Shown here one piece after another: positions 58,315 through 64,000 of a DNA stretch of 64,000 nucleotides. The notes beneath the pieces were generated by a model. The model saw nothing but the letters and a program-made list of their open reading frames with translations. It ran no database searches and was not told where the DNA came from. A program made the position numbers and the translations under genes. Numbering within the stretch: the first letter of the stretch is position 1; every line of letters starts with the position of its first letter. The DNA is taken from contig CAWGMQ010000006.1 of the NCBI GenBank assembly GCA_963823665.1, forward strand, positions 960,001-1,024,000, written 5' to 3'. This DNA is from an uncultured Planctomycetota bacterium. GTDB taxonomy: Bacteria > Planctomycetota > Planctomycetia > Isosphaerales > Isosphaeraceae.

Positions 58315-61300
58315 TCATGCATCCCGTCGCTCATCGGTCTCTTCGTTCCCTGGGCGGACCCGACCCGTCGGCCAGCCACGAGACACCCAGCATCCCAGCA
58401 GGAGGGCCTTGATACGAGCCATCAAGGACGGGCCGGTCGCTTCTCGGTCGGACTCCGGCTCCGAATCGGGGCGGGGATGATCGGAACCGGGTCTGGTCGC
58501 GGCCTGCGTTTCTCGGCCGGCCGTCGAGGCTGTGTCCGAGGCTTCCCGCACATCGAGAGCCAGCTCATCGGCGATCACCTCGCCGAGCCAGGCGCCGCGG
58601 TCCGGCAAGTCGGCGAAAGCCCCTCCCATGAGGGCGTTGAGGATCGACGGGTCCTGTCTGGCGGTACGATGAGGGCGTCGCGAGGCCAGCCGCCAGAGCG
58701 GGAGGGCCGGCGTCGAGGAGCCGATCGGCCGGCCATGCGTCGGGAACACGTCGGGCGAGTACCGGGCCGATGGCCTGTCGGCGGGATGCGACAGGTCCAT
58801 CGGCCGGCTGAAAGAGGAGACCGACATCATCGACGCGCCCAATGGCGGCAGGGCACCGTGGATGACGCTCGCTTGGAGGGACGGTTGCCCGGACGACAGA
58901 GTGATCGAGTCGAGGGGCTGGAGGGAGGCGGTTGCCAACGTGGCCGTGGAAACGGATGAGGTTGAGGAGGGTGGAACCCAGTTGGCCCGCTCCTCGGAGG
59001 CGGAGTCCGTCGCCGAGAGCTGCGCCTGCACGCGGATCGCGGAGGCGGTGGACGGGGCGGTGATGATAGTACTCGAGGTCCACGACGAGCTGGCCGGCGT
59101 GCCCGATGACGTCGGTCGGGGCGCCTGGCCGGGGATGGCGGCGATGTCGCCCGGTCCAGGGAAGCGGCGCTCACCGGGGGCCAGGGTCTCGGTCATGAGG
59201 TCGTCGGGATAGACCGCCGGGTCGAGGTCCGGCAGACCGAGGACATGGCCCAGTTCGTGCTCAACTACCGTGAAGAGGTCCACCTCGCCGGCGGGAACCG
59301 GGCCGGCTGCGGGGCCGCCGAGGAACCAGGCGTAGCCGTCGGCGTTACGATCGAGCAAGATCAGAGGACTCGGATTCTGGCCGAAGGGAGCCACCTCGAG
59401 ACCGAAAACGCCCTGCGGAAGGCTCAGGATCTCGAACTGGACGCGGTCGAATAAGGCAAGCTGAGAAGCGCCGAGCCCGGCAGCAGACCAGGCGCGCTCG
59501 GCGGCCGCCACGATCGGAGTGAGCTCTTCCGGCGTGAGGGCGCCGGCGGATTGAACCGCGCCAGAACCGGGCGCGACAGCCGCCTCCTGGGGCAGGGCAG
59601 AAAGAGCGAGATTGGTCCAGCCCGTAGTGTCAGACGTGACGACGTTATCGGCAGGATCGAAGACCGAGTGCCAATCGAAAATCAAGACGCTTCCATCGGT
59701 AAGCGCGACGGCCGTTCCATAGTGGACGTTCAGGCTGGGGTTATTGGGATCGGGGCTTTTCGAGACGGCACCGGCCGTGACGACACCGGGCACGATCGTT
59801 TGACTGAGAGCGATTGCCGCCTGCTTGCTGAGAGCGCGATCGATATATGCATTGGCGAAGACCGACTGGAGCTGAGCTGCCATTTGTGGGCCCAGCGAGC
59901 TCGCGGTGCCATTGACGAGTGCGTAGAGGAAATCCGCTAGCCCACCAGGCTGCAATCCCGGAACACCGCTCAAGATGCTGTTGATCTGCTGGGCGAACCC
60001 GGCATCAGCGGCCAGGGCATTGATAATCTCCCTGGTGACGTCCACGACCGAGAACGCCTCAGATTGGCGCCACACGACCCCGTTCGAGTCGACAACCTGT
60101 AGTCCCACGTAATTCGTCCCGGGGATCTTGGAAAGCCCCGCCGGCGTGTAGCTGATCGCTCCCGTCGTCGGATCGTAAGTGATCCCCGGAGTATTGCCGG
60201 AGGCCTGCGCGCTTGGAAACAGCCCCTCCCCGGGCCCAAGGGTGCTGATGTAACCCTGGATGCTGACAGGAGTCTGTCCCGTATAGCTCCCCCCGATCGA
60301 GGGTATTTGCCCAGGGATCACTACGGGGAGGGGCGTGAGAGTCAAGGCATCGCCCTGGCCCGAGATTCCCTTGGCATTTCCGCCGATGGCGATCGGCCCG
60401 AACCCCGGGACGGGTGGCAGGAACGTGAAGAAGAAATTGCCTGAACCAGGTGTGACCTGAAGGTCCGCTTGGATGTCGATCAGGAAGTTGACAAGCTGCT
60501 GTGGGAACCACACACCATTGGTCACATCGTCCACTGGGTACCGGATCAAGATCGGGAGGTCGACCAAGCCTGTGCCCGAGATAAACGAGTTAAATCTAAT
60601 TTTGTGGGAATAGTCGTACTGGACCTCGCTCTCGATCGCGTTGGCATCGTAGACGAAGACGGCGCCATGACCGTTCCCGGTGACGGGAACATCAAATGTG
60701 GCGTAGAGGTATCGGCCATCGGGAGAGATGGAAAGACCGTGTGGGAACGCCTCGGGCAGCGGTCGGGTGGCTGCGACCACGCCGCGCAACCCGCCGTTGA
60801 TGGTCGCGGCCGCGCTCGGGTCCACGGCGAAGTTGAGCGGATCTGCGATGACGGCGATGTTGCTCCCGGCAAGGTAGGGGCTATCGTACGACCACGCAAT
60901 ATTCCGCTTTGGGATGTTTTGGTTGGGGACATCAAATGCCGTCACGAACGCAAACTCGGCATCGGGGGTAAAGACGATCTTTTGCGCGCCGCTCACGTCG
61001 AACGACGCAGGAACAGCCGGTTGACCGTTGATCGGCTTGTTGAGAGTAAACGGGATGTACTGTGCGGTATTTGTAGTCAGATTCAGGAAACCGACTCCCT
61101 TGGCATCGTCGGCGATGTCCGTGAACGCCACAATATTCGGGTCGGGGCTGGCAGTGACGCCGTACGGGTACACGCCCACCGTGAGCCGCTTGGTCTGCAA
61201 TGGCTGGCCCGATGTCCAGAATGCCGTCCAGGATGGAAGACTGGGATCGACCGTCACGGTCCAGATCTTGCCGTTGTCACCGGCGTTGGCCGTAAGGTAA

Positions 61301-64000
61301 GACGTGCCCAAGGGCGCCGCGACCACGAGGTAGCGGCCGTCGCCGGAGACGTCTAATCCCGTCAGCCCGTTGGCGACGTTCAGCGATATGGTGCGATACT
61401 GAAGGTATGTGGGAGAGTTTGGATCGATGTCCACGACATATACGTTCCCGACATTCTGATCCGAGATGAACGCGTACTGGTCATTCGGACTGATGGCGAT
61501 CTGGAACGGCTTGGCGTTCGCGGGCAGCGAGATGGCGGTTGGCGAGCCCAGCCCTGAGCCCGAGGCACCAACCGACTCCAGGATCGTTTGCGCGTCAAGC
61601 TGTTGCAGCCCAACGGCGTCGATCACCGCGAACCCCCCGGACCCGACCACGAAGACGCGGCTGTTGTCGTGGGTAACCGCGAGGTATTGCGGGATGATTC
61701 CCTCGATCGGGATCGTGTCGATTTGCTGGTTGAACGTCGACGACATCGGATTTGCGTCGATGACCGAAATCGCGCCCACCGTGGGCTGCGCGGTGGGCTG
61801 CGTCGAGAATTCATAGATGGGCTTTGGTTGGATATTGATGACGTTGCTCTGCGGGCCCTCGCTGACTATGTTTCCCATCTGGTCGCGGAGAACCCGTTCC
61901 ACCGAGATCTGGGCCAGACCAAGAGTGACAGTGCGCGGGATGTTGACTGTGATTTCCGTCGAAGTCACAGTGACGGGCTGAGCCGTCCAGGTCTGCCCCT
62001 CACTGCCAGTCTGGAAATTGACCACGGTGTCAGTTGTGTCGCCGAAGTTGCTTCCATCGATGACGAGCACGGTCGAGCCGCCACTGAACTGCAAGTTGGC
62101 TTGACTTAGAACTGGGGGCTGCGCGTCGGGCGAAGGATCAACGACGATACTGACCGGATTGACCCCGGCGGCGACGGTGACCTGGCCGGTTGTCACATTG
62201 GGCGGGCCTACCTTGGGAATGACGAAGGCCATGAAGTTGTTAGGCCCCAGGGGAAGGTTGATGGCTCCGAGGTTTAATGGACTCAGAGCGACTCCCACGC
62301 CTCCTGCCACGAACGCGGCCCCAAGCCCCACGGCGAGAATTCCGGCCAACGATAACGGAATGAGAGCGACCGAGATCAGGGCAAGTCCGGTCGAGAGCGA
62401 CAGGGCGGCCAAGAGCAGCGATGTGCGATCGACACCCTTGAAGGGAGGCGAATTCGTGTGCATGTAGCCGTCCGATCCGACGACACCGGTGTCGACCTGC
62501 ATCCAGATCGGTTGTTCTACGCCCGCGTCGTCCGGCAGACTATCAGCTCGGTAGAGAAAGATCGTCGTGCCCGCCGGCACGCCGGGCATCGGAATGGCGA
62601 GCTGAACCGGCTCGCTCAGGATCCCGCTGCCGAGCTGGAGGTTGACTGCCCCGGCGAAGCTCAGCCAGCTCGGCACGGGAATCGGAAGATTCGCCAGGGT
62701 TACGGGCGTGATGCTCACGCTGGCGGGCGCCGGCAATGCGTTCGGGGCAATCTGCACGAGTGAGCCATCGGAACCTGCCACGACGCCGCCCGCAGCTCCA
62801 ATCGTGACGGGGCCTGAACGAGGCGGCTCGACGTGCACGTGGATGACCGACGTTGCCGGACCGTTGATCACCGTGACTGTCGCGTCGCCCGCGCCGACCG
62901 AGGTTATCAGGCCGTCCTTCGTCACGGCGATTACTTTGGTATTGCTAACATAGTAAAGCGTGCCGGTCGATGCCGCAGCGAGGTCAACGTTTCCTTGAAG
63001 GCTGACGTCGATCTGCCTTGACCCGCCCACACTCGGCAATGAAACAGTCGCCGGATAGATCGTGAGTCCTTCGGCGTACAGACCCTGCTGGGTCGGGTCG
63101 GTCGGCACGCCGACGGTCACGGCGGTCACCGCCTCGACGCCGTGGCTGGAGACGATCAGCACGGTCGTCCCGTCGCTCACGGCCGTAAGCAGGCCGCTGG
63201 CGGACACCGAAGCGATCGACGGCGAGATCGTCGTGATCGTGAAGTACGACGCCGGAAGCGTCGACTCGGTGCCATCGGAGAACTCGCCCGTCACGACGAT
63301 CTGCTCGCTGTTTCCCGCCTGGAGGCGGGGCTCACGCTGCTGGAAATCCATGCCGACCAGGACCGCACTGCTCACGGTCACGCTGATCGTGGCCGGGGCG
63401 GACGTGCCATACCCGTCATCGGCCACGTACTGGAAGCTGGCGGGACCGGTGTAGCCCGCGGCCGGGACGAAGGTCGCCGTCAGGCCGTCGGACGAGAGGG
63501 TCACCGTGCCGTGCAAGGCATCGAGCACACGGAAGTAGATCGGGTTGCCCGCGGGGTCGGTCGCCAGATTGGCGAGGTTCGCCGAAACCGGCAGGTCGAT
63601 GTGCGTCACCGCCTGTCCGGCCGAGGCGACCGGCGGGAGCGCGGCCTGGAAGCCGAGGTCGGCAGCCAGGAGCTCGTCGTCCGCGGCATTGACGGTGCCG
63701 TCCTGGTTGGCGTCGGCGGCGAGGAGATAGCCCGACTGGCCCACAGAGGTCCCCAGCGCCGCCCCCAGGAGCTGCGCGTCGTTGCCGTCGACCTTGCCGT
63801 CGCCATTGACGTCTCCGGCGACGAAGAGGTGCAGTGTGTACGCGCCCGATGTCGAGCCATTGGCCCCGGACAGCGAAAGCAGCTCCAGGCCGCCCTTGGT
63901 GATCGCGTACAGAGCGAAGGAGCCATGCGCCGTGGTGTGGCTCGCCACGGGGACGAGGCCGGCGATCGCCGGGATGGCCGGCTGGAATGAGCTGCCCGAA
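58315..64000 (-). CDS. Giant multidomain surface protein (dockerin-like, cadherin/Ig-like, YVTN-like propeller, M10-like zinc motif); 5' end beyond window
   Basis: GDVNGDGKVDGND/ADANQDGTVN; FVPAAGYTGPASFQY; Big_2-like SIASVSASGL; AISPNDQYAFISD; HELGHVLGLPD...LM; frame open to 64000. Confidence 0.88.
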   Translation of the reverse strand, partial: SGSSFQPAIPAIAGLVPVASHTTAHGSFALYAITKGGLELLSLSGANGSTSGAYTLHLFVAGDVNGDGKVDGNDAQLLGAALGTSVGQSGYLLAADANQDGTVNAADDELLAADLGFQAALPPVASAGQAVTHIDLPVSANLANLATDPAGNPIYFRVLDALHGTVTLSSDGLTATFVPAAGYTGPASFQYVADDGYGTSAPATISVTVSSAVLVGMDFQQREPRLQAGNSEQIVVTGEFSDGTESTLPASYFTITTISPSIASVSASGLLTAVSDGTTVLIVSSHGVEAVTAVTVGVPTDPTQQGLYAEGLTIYPATVSLPSVGGSRQIDVSLQGNVDLAAASTGTLYYVSNTKVIAVTKDGLITSVGAGDATVTVINGPATSVIHVHVEPPRSGPVTIGAAGGVVAGSDGSLVQIAPNALPAPASVSITPVTLANLPIPVPSWLSFAGAVNLQLGSGILSEPVQLAIPMPGVPAGTTIFLYRADSLPDDAGVEQPIWMQVDTGVVGSDGYMHTNSPPFKGVDRTSLLLAALSLSTGLALISVALIPLSLAGILAVGLGAAFVAGGVGVALSPLNLGAINLPLGPNNFMAFVIPKVGPPNVTTGQVTVAAGVNPVSIVVDPSPDAQPPVLSQANLQFSGGSTVLVIDGSNFGDTTDTVVNFQTGSEGQTWTAQPVTVTSTEITVNIPRTVTLGLAQISVERVLRDQMGNIVSEGPQSNVINIQPKPIYEFSTQPTAQPTVGAISVIDANPMSSTFNQQIDTIPIEGIIPQYLAVTHDNSRVFVVGSGGFAVIDAVGLQQLDAQTILESVGASGSGLGSPTAISLPANAKPFQIAISPNDQYAFISDQNVGNVYVVDIDPNSPTYLQYRTISLNVANGLTGLDVSGDGRYLVVAAPLGTSYLTANAGDNGKIWTVTVDPSLPSWTAFWTSGQPLQTKRLTVGVYPYGVTASPDPNIVAFTDIADDAKGVGFLNLTTNTAQYIPFTLNKPINGQPAVPASFDVSGAQKIVFTPDAEFAFVTAFDVPNQNIPKRNIAWSYDSPYLAGSNIAVIADPLNFAVDPSAAATINGGLRGVVAATRPLPEAFPHGLSISPDGRYLYATFDVPVTGNGHGAVFVYDANAIESEVQYDYSHKIRFNSFISGTGLVDLPILIRYPVDDVTNGVWFPQQLVNFLIDIQADLQVTPGSGNFFFTFLPPVPGFGPIAIGGNAKGISGQGDALTLTPLPVVIPGQIPSIGGSYTGQTPVSIQGYISTLGPGEGLFPSAQASGNTPGITYDPTTGAISYTPAGLSKIPGTNYVGLQVVDSNGVVWRQSEAFSVVDVTREIINALAADAGFAQQINSILSGVPGLQPGGLADFLYALVNGTASSLGPQMAAQLQSVFANAYIDRALSKQAAIALSQTIVPGVVTAGAVSKSPDPNNPSLNVHYGTAVALTDGSVLIFDWHSVFDPADNVVTSDTTGWTNLALSALPQEAAVAPGSGAVQSAGALTPEELTPIVAAAERAWSAAGLGASQLALFDRVQFEILSLPQGVFGLEVAPFGQNPSPLILLDRNADGYAWFLGGPAAGPVPAGEVDLFTVVEHELGHVLGLPDLDPAVYPDDLMTETLAPGERRFPGPGDIAAIPGQAPRPTSSGTPASSSWTSSTIITAPSTASAIRVQAQLSATDSASEERANWVPPSSTSSVSTATLATASLQPLDSITLSSGQPSLQASVIHGALPPLGASMMSVSSFSRPMDLSHPADRPSARYSPDVFPTHGRPIGSSTPALPLWRLASRRPHRTARQDPSILNALMGGAFADLPDRGAWLGEVIADELALDVREASDTASTAGRETQAATRPGSDHPRPDSEPESDREATGPSLMARIKALLLGCWVSRGWPTGRVRPGNEETDERRDA

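Overview
GC-rich bacterial chromosome segment, almost certainly a planctomycete of the Isosphaeraceae/Singulisphaera type. This is inferred from membrane-anchored ECF sigma fusions, a DUF1559 prepilin-like gene, PEP-CTERM proteins and an LEPR-XLL-type secreted protein. Recognisable housekeeping genes are mfd, a beta carbonic anhydrase, csrA, rimI and purH. They alternate with accessory zones: 10.2-15 kb (small membrane genes, decayed TA pairs, a degenerate intergenic repeat), 22-23.7 kb, 33-34 kb and 47.7-57.3 kb (ECF sigma / Ser-Thr kinase-WD40 / prepilin-like / protease module plus deletion chimeras). Many genes, including mfd, are split by 1-2 bp indels that look like long-read errors, so all fusion and pseudogene calls need read-level checks. 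Most interesting signals: (1) an ECF sigma apparently fused through a TM helix to a di-heme c oxidoreductase domain; (2) a 617-aa protein with an internal class III prepilin cleavage site behind a membrane-anchored domain; (3) a diverged second copy of the sigma-kinase-pilin cassette collapsed at an 8-bp microhomology; (4) a dispersed repeat between cassette-like membrane genes; (5) two candidate structured RNAs, one with CsrA-type GGA loops; (6) a promoter-like motif shared by three ECF fusion genes. No rRNA, tRNA, CRISPR array, integrase or intact transposase was recognised.
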